Source of the DNA: Macrostomum lignano | Lineage: Eukaryota | Direction: 5' to 3' | Assembly (NCBI GenBank): GCA_002269645.1 | Contig: NIVC01000142.1 | Location: forward strand, 620,001-684,000 | DNA length: 64,000 bases | Part shown: in pieces, positions 52,901-64,000 of the stretch | Position numbering within the stretch: the first letter of the stretch is position 1 | How the letters are laid out: every line of letters begins with the position of its first letter | Made by a program: the position numbers and the translations under genes | The notes under the pieces: generated by a model | The model's input: only the letters and a program-made list of their open reading frames with translations | What the model was told of the DNA's origin: nothing | Database searches by the model: none

Positions 52901-54971
52901 GAGAACAGGGACGGGGAGAAAAGGAATGGGAGAACAGGGACGGGGAGAACAGGGATGGGAGAACAGGGACGGGGAGAACAGGGATGGGAGAACAGGGACG
53001 GAGAACAGGGATGGGAGAACAGGGACGGGGAGAACAGGGACGGGAGAACAGGGACGGGGAGAACAGGGACGGGAGAACAGGGACGGGGAGAACAGGGACG
53101 GGGAGAACAGGGACGGGAGAACAGGGACGGGGAGAACAGGGACGGGGAGAACAGGGACGGGAGAACAGGGACGGGGAAAACAGGGACGGGGAGAACAGGG
53201 ACGGGAGAACAGGGACGGGAGAACAGGGACGGGAGAACAGGGACGGGGAGAACAGGGACGGGGAGAACAGGGACGGGAGAACAGGGACGGGAGAACAGGG
53301 ACGGGGAGAACAGGGACGGGAAACAGGGACGGGGAGAACAGGGACGGGGAGAACAGGGACGGAGAGAACAGGGACGGGAAAACAGGGACGGGGAGAACAG
53401 GGATGGGAAAAACAGGGACGGGGAGAACAGGGATGGGAGAACAGGGACGGGGAGAACAGGGACGGGAGAACAGGGACGGGAGAACAGGGACGGGGAGAAC
53501 AGGGACGGGAGAAAGGGACGGGGAGAACAGGGACGGGGAGAACAGGGACGGGAGAACAGGGACGGAGAACAGGGACGGGAGAACAGGGACGGGAGAACAG
53601 GGACGGGAGAACAGGGATGGGAGAACAGGGACGGGGAGAACAGGGACGGGGAGAACAGGGACGGGGAGAACAGGGACGGGAGAACAGGGACGGGAGAACA
53701 GGGACGGGGAGAACAGGGACGGGGAGAAGGGACGGGGAGAACAGGGACGGGGAGAACAGGGACGGGGAGAACAGGGACGGGAGAACAGGGATGGGAGAAC
53801 AGGGACGGGGAGAACAGGGACGGGGAGAACAGGGACGGGAGAACAGGGACGGGGAGAACAGGGACGGGAGAACAGGGACGGGGAGAACAGGGACGGGGAG
53901 AACAGGGATGGGAGAACAGGGACGGGGAGAACAGGGACGGGAGAACAGGGACGGGAGAACAGGGACGGGAGAACAGGGACGGGGAGAACAGGGACGGGGA
54001 GAAAGGGACGGGAGAACAGGGATGGGAAACAGGGACGGGGAGAACAGGGACGGGAGAACAGGGACGGGAGAACAGGGATGGGAGAACAGGGACGGGGAGA
54101 ACAGGGATGGGAGAACAGGGACGGGAGAACAGGGACGGGAGAAAAGGGATGGGGAGAAAGGGACGGGGAGAACAAGGGATGGGAGAAAGGGATGGGAGAA
54201 CAGGGACGGGGAGAACAGGGACGGGGAGAACAGGGACGGGGAGAACAGGGACGGGGAGAACAGGGACGGGGAGAACAGGGACGGGGAGAACAGGGACGGG
54301 AGAACAGGGACGGGAGAACAGGGACGGGAGAACAGGGACGGGAGAACAGGGACGGGAGAACAGGGACAGGGATGGGAGAACAGGGACGGGAGAACAGGGA
54401 CGGGGAGAACAGGGACGGGGAGAACAGGGACGGGGAGAACAGGGACGGGAGAACAGGGATGGGAGAACAGGGATGGGAGAACAGGGATGGGAGAACAGGG
54501 ACGGGGAGAAAAGGGATGGGAGAACAGGGATCGGGAGAACAGAGATGGGAGAACAGGGATGGGAGAACAGGGACGGGGAGAACAGGGACGGGGAGAAAGG
54601 GATGGGAGAAAGGGACGGGGAGAACAGGGACGGGGAGAACAGGGATGGGAGAACAGGGACGGGAGAACAGGGACGGGGAGAACAGGGACGGGGAGAACAG
54701 GGACGGGGAGAACAGGGATGGGAGAACAGGGACGGGAGAACAGGACGGGGAGAACAGGGATGGGGGGAACAGGGACGGGGAGAACAGGGACGGGGAGAAC
54801 AGGAACGGGGAGAACAGGGATGGGGGGAACAGGGACGGGGAGAACAGGGACGGGGAGAACAGGAACGGGGAGAACAGGGATGGGGGGAACAGGGACGGGG
54901 AGAACAGGGACGGGGAGAACTGGAACGGGGAGAACAGGGATGGGGGGAACAGGGACGGGGAGAACAGGGAC
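46991..54971. repeat. ~8 kb 14/15-bp purine-rich minisatellite (GGGAGAACAGGGACG[G])
   Basis: More than 500 units. Rare variants recur in blocks (e.g. GGGATTGGAGAACATGGATGG at ~49365, 49963, 50755). Confidence 0.98.
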
Positions 54972-55904
54972 TTGAGCTGGTGAAAAAGGACAACGAGAAA
55001 GATAGAGTGCCGCACACTGAGCAGTGGGAATTCTGAGACAGTCGGGTAGCGAATGCAGCAGAGAGAGAGCTGCTTTCGGAGAGACCCAAATATATCAGTG
55101 ATCCCTCAGTCTGCTACTCTCCCATGGACCTGTCCAACATTGCGTGCCAAACGGAAAAAGCAGGTCTTGAAAGCGGGACTCAGAAACTTTTGCCTGACTG
55201 TGATACGGGAATTAGTCGAAAGGGTTGCATCTTTGAAGCAAGCAGAAGGCGGTGATAATAGAGGGAAATAAATTCAAGCGAATTGCTGTATCGAATCTTT
55301 GCGGGATAGATAGAGAGAAGTCGAAAATCGACACAGTCTACAATTTTCCTTTGTTGTCGGGGACACGCAGGCTGCTTCAGCAACTGGCTTTCTCTATCGA
55401 TGTGAAGGCTTACGATGTATCGACAAGGACTACTCAAGTGTAAGGATGAGAGACCATACTTTTCTTGAAAAAATTTTACCGACAAAATGCATCATTTTCA
55501 GTACAAAAATTAATCGTTATTGCTTTTGATAGGAAACCAGACCCGATGTTCATTTTTGGTATGTCTTACCTTTCTTATAAGCTCTATTGATATTCAGAGA
55601 GCTTTTCGTTGAGAAAATTAGAAGTCTATGATAATTTTATATCCTAGGTACATGTTTTCTGCCTAAAAATCATTTTAAAAATGTCATCCGTGATGTATTT
55701 TTCGGTAACACACCTGCCTCCTAAAACTTTCCAACAAACATAGTTTCCCATACTACTTGAGTAGTCCTTGTGTATCAAGGAGTCAGGCTCGTCAATACCA
55801 GTGGGGGGGCCGGGGGGGCCGCGCCTCCCCCCCTCCCAATCCCCTGGGGGGGGGGGGTGGGTTGGGCGCGGCGGGTTCCAAAAACCATGAGGCAAATGAG
55901 TGCC

Positions 55905-56220
55905 TGCGGCGCCAAAATGAGTGCCTGCGGCGCTAAAATGAGTGCCTGCGGCGCTAAAATGAGTGCCTGCGGCGCTAAAATGAGTGCCTGCGGCTAAAAT
56001 GAGTGCCTGCGGCGCTAAAATGAATGCCTGCGGCGCTAAAATGAGTGCCTGCGGTGCGCTAAAATGAGTGCCTGCGGCGCTAAAATGAGTGCCTGCGGCG
56101 CTAAAATGAGTGCCTGCGGTGCTAAAATGAGTGCCTGCGGCGCTAAAATGAGTGCCTGCGGCGCTAAAATGAGTGCCTGCGGCGCTTAAATGAGTGCCTG
56201 CGGCGCTTAAATGAGTGCAA
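55905..56220. repeat. 21-bp minisatellite (AAAATGAGTGCCTGCGGCGCT) next to a G/C-run segment, possibly part of a non-autonomous DNA transposon
   Basis: About 15 units, preceded at 55775-55875 by GGGGGGGCCGGGGGGGCC...CCCCCC. No terminal inverted repeat pair found. Confidence 0.88.
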
Positions 56221-58190
56221 CCCACTCTCAGTGCCCCACACTCAGTGCAACCCACCTCTCTGTACTCCATTTAAATCGAATCGAGTACAACTAGTACTTC
56301 TATGGCATCGTACGTACACTATACTGTAAGCAAGTCAGCATTAGATCAGAGCGATGAGACAAGCAAGCAACGGAGAAATAGTCTGAAATCTGATCTGCCA
56401 GCTTATTCCTTATTCCCCGAGTGTACATGAGTTGACCCTATTGCCTGTAATTTCCTAAGAAGCTGACTTGGACAGCTGTCTCTTCTAACATTAAATATCA
56501 CACAGCAGTATGCAAGGCGCACGCATGCTAGAAAGTAAGATTTGAGCAATTAAGAGACCTCACCTGTGCAGTTGCTATTCATTCTGGGCCCAACTGAAGC
56601 GAACAGTTACAGTGATGCCCGAGAAGTTGGCGCAGTCATGGCAATTACTTTGCTAGCAGTATATAAGGCAATGCGCTTCACCTCTACTATATGCTACCTC
56701 GATTTACTTTGACCAATATGTGCTTTGCTTCATCAATCAGTAGAGAGCAGTCAGGCCGGATTCTGTATATACGGCTTGGTACATGTTAGTCCTGCCATGC
56801 AGATTTGCTCATTCATCACAATTCTGCAGATGGGCCACTTCAGACACACGGAGACCATGCATAGTACGCTAACGTTGCATTGTCTAAAATGAATGCTAAA
56901 TCAAACAGCGACATGACGTGTGAATACTGCAGCATGTATTTAAAGCAATTTTGTTGATTGCTCAAGTTAACACGCAGCATGCCAGCAATATAGTAAGACT
57001 TGGTACACACTTGTCTGGACTACTTACTAAACTAATTTGCCAACTAGTCGCCTAAACCGTATGCTTAATTATTTGCACTTAAATTGCTAAATTATTTATG
57101 CTTGTATAATATGTACATGTACAGTGTGGCCATTGAGAAATGGTCCTCAAAAGGTTCTCAAAAATATGTAGCAACCCGCTGTAATGTACGACTTATTGCA
57201 GTCGGCGAGGTGTCTGTCGATTGGATTTCAAGTATATAGAAAAAGTACATGCTCACGAAACTCAAGTAGTCCGTGGTCTGCACAAAAGTACATGTACACG
57301 TAAATTCAGTCGTGCATAAAATATGCATCGATCGTCTCACAATGCTATATAGCTACATGTATATAGCAATGACAATTACTTTGGGCTACATGTACATGTG
57401 TAATAGCATAAAATTCAGGCCCCATGCAAGTTCTGCATGGGACGTATACGTTATTAAAGCTTCTTGCGTATTTCGTGCCCTAAGAGGCTAATTAAATTGC
57501 TTGCAAATAAGTTCCACGGCAACGTTTGCACTATAAGACTAGACATAATTGTATTACTATAATAATAGTATAAAGTGAATTTTATGCTTTAATTTGTACT
57601 CGCGCCTTAAATGCACATGTAAATGCAACCTAGCTATACATATATATCAGTCAGTAAAGTTGCCTTAAATTTTTCATGGCTAAATTTGCAGAGCTATACA
57701 CCCACAGGGTGTAAAAATACTTCCTGAGAGCTGTGATTTAATTTTTAGTTTTTTATCTTAACGTTCAAAAGAATCTGCTGTTGCATAGCTACTTCTGAGC
57801 CACCCTGACCCTGTACTGTCTTCCGTTGCTTCATGATTTAACTGTTCAAACGACGGGACCTCGATCATTTTACTGATAAATCTGAAAGTATGCTTTTAAA
57901 AGCTAAAAGTTATTAAATTGTATTTCTGAAACGCATAACGCATACATAATGACTTAATATAAAAACTGTTTTATAGCATTCAAGGCTTTCAAAATTTGTT
58001 TAAGCAGAACTGTGTAAAATTTAAAGTCACGGGAAAAAAGAAATTTATTAGAACTAAACGCCCCTGCAAGTTTCCCAGACTATCAAAACACCAAAGCAAA
58101 ACGCACTCAATCTTTACCTATTGTATATTTTTTCTACTTGTATTTAAATAATTAACGTTTCCAACTTCCAGATTTCTATAAAGTTAAACT

Positions 58191-61100
58191 ATGCTGACAC
58201 TTGGTAAGTTTCGTTTTGTTCTAACTTGTGCAGTTCTGTTCTTTAGATTAAGCCTGCTTGAGACTTTAAAGTTCTACGTTAATGCTTAATTTAGTAATGA
58301 TCAACTTATTGTAATACTTGCAAGTCTTGAGTAGAATTGTAAGCCAGGAGTGTTATAAATTTAATGTAATTCATTGAATATTATCAATATATTAATATTA
58401 GGCCTAAGCTTAAAAAAGCAAACCTTAGCCTTAGGAATGTAAGTTAAAATCTATAATGTATTTTTTATTCTTGTTTTTTATAAGTATAAGGCTACTAGAT
58501 GTAAAGTACAGTCATTTGAAAATGTAGCATTTTTTCATGTTGTTATAATCAACTTTTGAAATCTTGATATTAAAGCCTATGGCTATGGGATGCAGGCCAG
58601 GGTATACTTGAATTTTTGTTTTATTTGAATGTAGCAATAGTAATTCTAGTGCCAATATTAATTTATTAAAACTTCCCCAGAGTCAAAGAAAAAAATTAAA
58701 TTAAAAAATTGAAAAATTAAATTTAAAAAAATTGAAGTTCATGCTCATTTAGTTTTTTTATTTTCCACTCACCACTCAGAGTGCATTATGTTTTAGGATG
58801 AATTTCACCTTGAGGTGCAGGTTGTTTTGATGATAGGCCATTTTGGTGATAGACATTTTAATGATAAATAGCCATTTTTATAACAACATATTTCTATGAC
58901 AAACAGTAACACATTGCTTTTGGCTTTGGTAAACCTATCGTAAATCTTAGTAAAATGTTGATATTATAGATTTAAAAGTTTAAATGTTCAATGTTAAATC
59001 AATGATCTAATAATTTTCATATCCATGGTTTTTGTTAGTCTTGCATTTTAAAAGCCAACCATTTGTTTATAGAATACTAAGTTTTTTCAATATCTAACCT
59101 TGTATTTTAATTTGCAAGTATAAAAATTCCAACATAATCTTATTTATACCACAGAGAAAATTTTTGCTTCACTTCCCAAAACTGAGCGAGGCAAGGCAAT
59201 TGTACTTGGTGGTGACCCTAAAGGTGAAAATTTTCTCTATGTCAATGGAAACAGTGTCTTCATTCGGAGCCTCAAAGTGAGTCATTTCCTGGTTTATATT
59301 ATGTATTTTATAAAGTTACAAACATTTTATGCAAACATAACTTTGTACCTGATGAGTCTCTGTCTTAGTTGACTCTTGACTCTCTACTGTTATCTTGAGT
59401 CTCTGATGAGTCTCTGCTATGATCTTGAGTCTCTGATGAGTCTCTGCTATGATCTTGAGTCTCTGATGAGTCTCTGCTATGATCTTGAGTCTCTGATGAG
59501 TCTCTGCTATGATCTTGAGTCTCTGATGAGTCTCTGCTATGATCTTGAGTCTCTGATGAGTCTCTGCTATGATCTTGAGTCTCTGATGAGTCTCTGATGA
59601 GTCTCTGCTATGATCTTGAGTCTCTGATGAGTCTCTGATGAGTCTCTGCTATGATCTTGAGTCTCCAGCGTGTATTTATCGTAAAATTGTGTCCCACACA
59701 CGTCCAGGACCCCTTCACCAAGTGCGACGTGTACACCCAGCACTCGACGGCCACGGGGGTGGCCAAGTACTCGCCAAGCGGCTTCTATATCGCTTCGGGC
59801 GACGCGTCTGGCAAAGTGCGCATCTGGGACACAACCCAGGCTGAGCACGTGCTCAAAAATGAATTTCACGTGCTTGGCGGCGCCATACGCGACTTGGCCT
59901 GGACTAGCGACAACCAGCGACTCATCATTGTCGGCGAGGGTCGCGAAAAGTTCGGCGTTGCCATCCTGGCCGACAGCGGCGCCTCAGTTGGCGAAATAAT
60001 CGGCCACTCCAAGGCCATCAACTCCGTAGACTTCAAGCCGCAGCGCCCGTTCCGGGCGGTCACCGCATCCGAGGATTTTGTCGTCTGCTTTTACGAGGGC
60101 CCGCCGTTCAAATTCAAGAAGCAAAACGACGAGCACACCAATTTCGTAAACGTGGTTCGCTACGCGCCCAGCGGCGAGCTCTTTGCTAGCGCTGGCAGCA
60201 CCGGCCGGATTCTGCTGCACGAAGGCAAAACCTCCGAATATCTGGGCGAGATTGGCGACCCGGCGCACAAGGGCGGCATTTATTCGCTGGCCTTCAGCCC
60301 GAACTCCGACCGGCTGCTGTCTGTCAGTGGCGACAAGACCGCTCGGCTGTGGAATGTTCAAGACAAGTCACTGATCGGTGAGGCTTCCGCTCTAAATTAA
60401 TGAGTAAAATGTGCTTTCCTAAGTTTGAATTTCTCTAGAATGTTTAATTTCTAAGAATTGTCCAACATTTCCTAGAAAATTGACTTTTCAGGTGTCTTGA
60501 AATTTGCTAGGAATACTGATTTCTAAGAATTGTCCAACATTTCCAGTTCACCGTTTTTAAGTTTTTTCTCCAAAATATATATTCCGAAATCTATAATTAG
60601 AGCAGCTCAGTGGTAAACGCGTCTGACTCTCGTGTCATGAACCCTGGTTCGATTCCGTGCGCTGGCCATATTCATTTGGGGCTTGCGCACGAAAGTTGGT
60701 CCGAAGAGTTTATCCTGCGATTCACAGCCATGACGGCCAACCCCCAAGGCACAGAGACAGAGAGTGTACATGTCTGACGATTAGACAGTCAAGGGCTGCT
60801 GTACACCCCGTGTGAGCGTGTGTGTGAGTGCGTGCTTCCCATTTCTAGTTCCCGTATCTAGTAATACCACTCAATTGAGAGTTGAAAGACCATTGGAGCT
60901 ACTGATTTGATAGGGTTAGATAAATAAATGGGTTTAGTTAAATAAATGAATGTTGCCAGTTTCAAAGTGAGAGGGGCAACTCATAAATCCCTGTAAGTTA
61001 GGACTCATGCATCAACATAGATTGTCAATGCCATGTCCACATTGTGGTTGGGTGGTAGGGGCTAAAGTTAAGATGAATGTTTTCACTTTCAATGCAAAGA

Positions 61101-61545
61101 GAGCTCTTAAGACCCTGGGATCAAAAAGCAACATTTTTGACACCAAATGCACTAATTAATAACAAATCGTTCACTGCTTTTTTCAACTCAAGGCGAATGG
61201 TCGTTCGGCAACACAATAAACGACATGCAAGTCAGCTGCCTGTGGTGCAACGATTACGTCATCACCGTATCGCTGGACGGCAGTTTGAATTTTCTAGACC
61301 TGGCCAATCCCGGCAAGCCGACTGAGGTGATTGGCGGGCATAGCAAGCCAATCACAGCGCTGGACCGCAGCGCTGACGGTCGCACTCTGGTGACTGGCAG
61401 CACCGACGCTTCGCTTGTGATTTGGGACTCCGCTAGCGGCCGGATGCGCAGGGTGACGGGCCTGGCGCATAAGAACCAGATCCAGGCGCTGGCTGTTGAC
61501 GCATCCGGTACCGTGTACTCGGTTGCTATGGACGACACTTTGCAG
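58191..61545 (+). CDS. WDR1: WD repeat protein 1 / actin-interacting protein 1, 5' part; exons 58191-58203, 59155-59276, 59708-60377, 61193-61545; continues beyond the window
   Basis: MLTLEKIFASLPKTERG...LGGDPKGENFLY.NGNSV, AKYSPSGFYIASGDASGKVRIWDTTQ.EHVLKNEF, GEGREKFG, INSVDFKPQRPFR...SED, GPPFKF, HKGGIY..SP, matching the WDR1/Aip1 family. Junctions are GT-AG and in phase. Confidence 0.95.
59346..59665. repeat. 30-bp minisatellite (CTCTGATGAGTCTCTGCTATGATCTTGAGT), WDR1 intron 2
   Basis: About 10 near-perfect units. Confidence 0.95.
60601..60840 (+). mobile_element. tRNA-derived SINE family B copy, WDR1 intron 3
   Basis: A-box-like GCAGCTCAGTGGTAA, B box GGTTCGATTCC (60646-60656), shared motif GGCCAACCCCCAAGGCACAG (60735-60754), and a GTGT tail. 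Confidence 0.75.
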
Positions 61546-61577
61546 GTAAATCATTAGTCTTGCTACCAGTGCTCTGT

Positions 61578-63990
61578 TCACCAGTGTCTTCTGATCCTTC
61601 TGGATGTCCATCGATATCTTCTAATTCTTCTGGGTGTCCATCGATGTCTTCTAATCCTTCTGGGTGTCCATCGATGTCTTCTAATCCTTCTGGGTGTCCA
61701 TCAGTGTTTTCTAATCTTTCTTGGTGTACATCAGTGTTGTCTGATCCTTCACGGTGTCCATCAGCGTCTTCTGATCCTTCAGGGTGTCCATCAGTGTTGT
61801 CTGATCCTTCACGGTGTCCATCAGTGTCTTCTGATCCTTCACGGTGTCCATCAGTGTCTTCTGATCCTTCAGGGTGTCCATCAGTGTCTTCTGATCCTTC
61901 TGGGTGTCCATCAGTGTTGTCTGATCCTTCACGGTGTCCATCAGTGTCTTCTGATCCTTCAGGGTGTCCATCAGTGTTGTCTGATCCTTCAGGGTGTCCA
62001 TCAGTGTCTTCTGATCCTTCAGGGTGTCCATCAGTGTTGTCTGATCCTTCACGGTGTCCATCAGCGTCTTCTGATCCTTCAGGGTGTCCATCAGTGTTGT
62101 CTGATCCTTCACGGTGTCCATCAGTGTCTTCTGATCCTTCTGGGTGTCCATCGATATCTTCTAATCCTTCTGGGTGTCCATCGATGTCTTCTAATCCTTC
62201 TGGGTGTCCATCGATATCTTCTAATCCTTCTGGGTGTCCATCGATATCTTCTAATCCTTCTGGGTGTCCATCGATATCTTCTAATCCTTCTGGGTGTCCA
62301 TCGATATCTTCTAATCCTTCTGGGTGTCCATCGATATCTTCTAATCCTTCTGGGTGTCCATCGATGTCTTCTAATCCTTCTGGGTGTCCATCAGTGTCTT
62401 CGGATCCTTCAGGTTGTCCATCAGTGTTTTCTAATCTTTCTTGGTGTCCATCAGTGTTGTCTGATCCTTCACGGTGTCCATCAGCGTCTTCTGATCCTTC
62501 AGGGTGTCCATCAGTGTTGTCTGATCCTTCACGGTGTCCATCAGTGTCTTCTGATCCTTCACGGTGTCCATCAGTGTCTTCTGATCCTTCAGGGTGTCCA
62601 TCAGTGTCTTCTGATCCTTCTGGGTGTCCATCAGTGTTGTCTGATCCTTCACGGTGTCCATCAGTGTCTTCTGATCCTTCAGGGTGTCCATCAGTGTTGT
62701 CTGATCCTTCACGGTGTCCATCAGTGTCTTCTGATCCTTCAGGGTGTCCATCAGTGTTGTCTGATCCTTCACGGTGTCCATCAGTGTCTTCTGATCCTTC
62801 ACGGTGTCCATCAGTGTTGTCTGATCCTTCACGGTGTCCATCAGCGTCTTCTGATCCTTCAGGGTGTCCATCAGTGTTGTCTGATCCTTCACGGTGTCCA
62901 TCAGTGTCTTCTGATCCTTCTGGGTGTCCATCGATATCTTCTAATCCTTCTGGGTGTCCATCGATGTCTTCTAATCCTTCTGGGTGTCCATCGATATCTT
63001 CTAATCCTTCTGGGTGTCCATCGATATCTTCTAATCCTTCTGGGTGTCCATCGATATCTTCTAATCCTTCTGGGTGTCCATCGATATCTTCTAATCCTTC
63101 TGGGTGTCCATCGATATCTTCTAATCCTTCTGGGTGTCCATCGATGTCTTCTAATCCTTCTGGGTGTCCATCAGTGTCTTCGGATCCTTCAGGTTGTCCA
63201 TCAGTGTTTTCTAATCTTTCTTGGTGTCCATCAGTGTTGTCTGATCCTTCACGGTGTCCATCAGCGTCTTCTGATCCTTCAGGGTGTCCATCAGTGTTGT
63301 CTGATCCTTCACGGTGTCCATCAGTGTCTTCTGATCCTTCACGGTGTCCATCAGTGTCTTCTGATCCTTCAGGGTGTCCATCAGTGTCTTCTGATCCTTC
63401 TGGGTGTCCATCAGTGTTGTCTGATCCTTCACGGTGTCCATCAGTGTCTTCTGATCCTTCAGGGTGTCCATCAGTGTTGTCTGATCCTTCACGGTGTCCA
63501 TCAGTGTCTTCTGATCCTTCAGGGTGTCCATCAGTGTTGTCTGATCCTTCACGGTGTCCATCAGTGTCTTCTGATCCTTCACGGTGTCCATCAGTGTTGT
63601 CTGATCCTTCACGGTGTCCATCAGCGTCTTCTGATCCTTCAGGGTGTCCATCAGTTTTGTCTGATCCTTCACGGTGTCCATCAGTGTCTTCTGATCCTTC
63701 TGGGTGTCCATCGATATCTTCTAATCCTTCTGGGTGTCCATCAGTGTCTTCTGATCCTTCAGGTTGTCCATCAGTGTTTTCTAATCTTTCTTGGTGTCCA
63801 TCAGTGTTGTCTGATCCTTCACGGTGTCCATCAGCGTCTTCTGATCCTTCAGGGTGTCCATCAGTTTTGTCTGATCCTTCACGGTGTCCATCAGTGTCTT
63901 CTGATCCTTCAGGGTGTCCATCAGTGTTTTCTAATCTTTCTTGGTGTCCATCAGTGTTGTCTGATCCTTCAGGGTGTCCATTAGTATCTT
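61578..63990. repeat. 30-bp minisatellite (GGTGTCCATCAGTGTCTTCTGATCCTTCAC) with 720/780-bp higher-order blocks, WDR1 intron 4
   Basis: Marker variant TTTTCTAATCTTTCTTGGTG recurs at ~61707, 62427, 63207, 63777 and 63927. Confidence 0.97.
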
Positions 63991-64000
63991 CTACTTCTTG

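Noticed and set aside
46830-55089. Giant ORFs up to 2690 aa on both strands (collagen/mucin-like RTGTG, PVLP, ENRDG repeats)
   Set aside because: The 14/15-bp unit simply lacks stop codons. Frames shift with unit length and there are no unique domains.
59346-59665. CTGATGAG in each unit, resembling a hammerhead ribozyme core
   Set aside because: The GAAA half of the core and the helix II/III pairing are absent.

Overview
Eukaryotic animal genomic DNA, not prokaryotic. GC-rich exons sit in AT-rich or tandem-repeat-filled introns. The style suggests a free-living flatworm such as Macrostomum lignano (inference only). I could assemble five spliced genes with GT-AG junctions and consistent phases: RFC2 (+, 2997-6000); a secreted frizzled-related protein of sFRP1/2/5 type with a long basic C-terminal tail (+, 11773-18725); an alpha-1-adrenergic-like aminergic GPCR (+, 24258-33360); an HCN channel with a variant SIGYG filter (-, 37371-45757); and the 5' half of WDR1/AIP1 (+, 58191 to beyond the window). 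There is also a candidate amidated-neuropeptide precursor (8568-8909), an intronless orphan ORF (-, 35004-35783), a 5'-truncated RTE-type LINE with target-site duplication that interrupts a putative signal-peptide exon, several tRNA-derived SINEs, two CpG-depleted blocks, and about 23 different micro/minisatellite arrays covering roughly 40% of the window. Almost every large intron carries its own array. The very long ORFs in the track (1530, 1442, 2690 aa etc.) are read-throughs of stop-free repeats. No CRISPR, rRNA or authentic tRNA was found.
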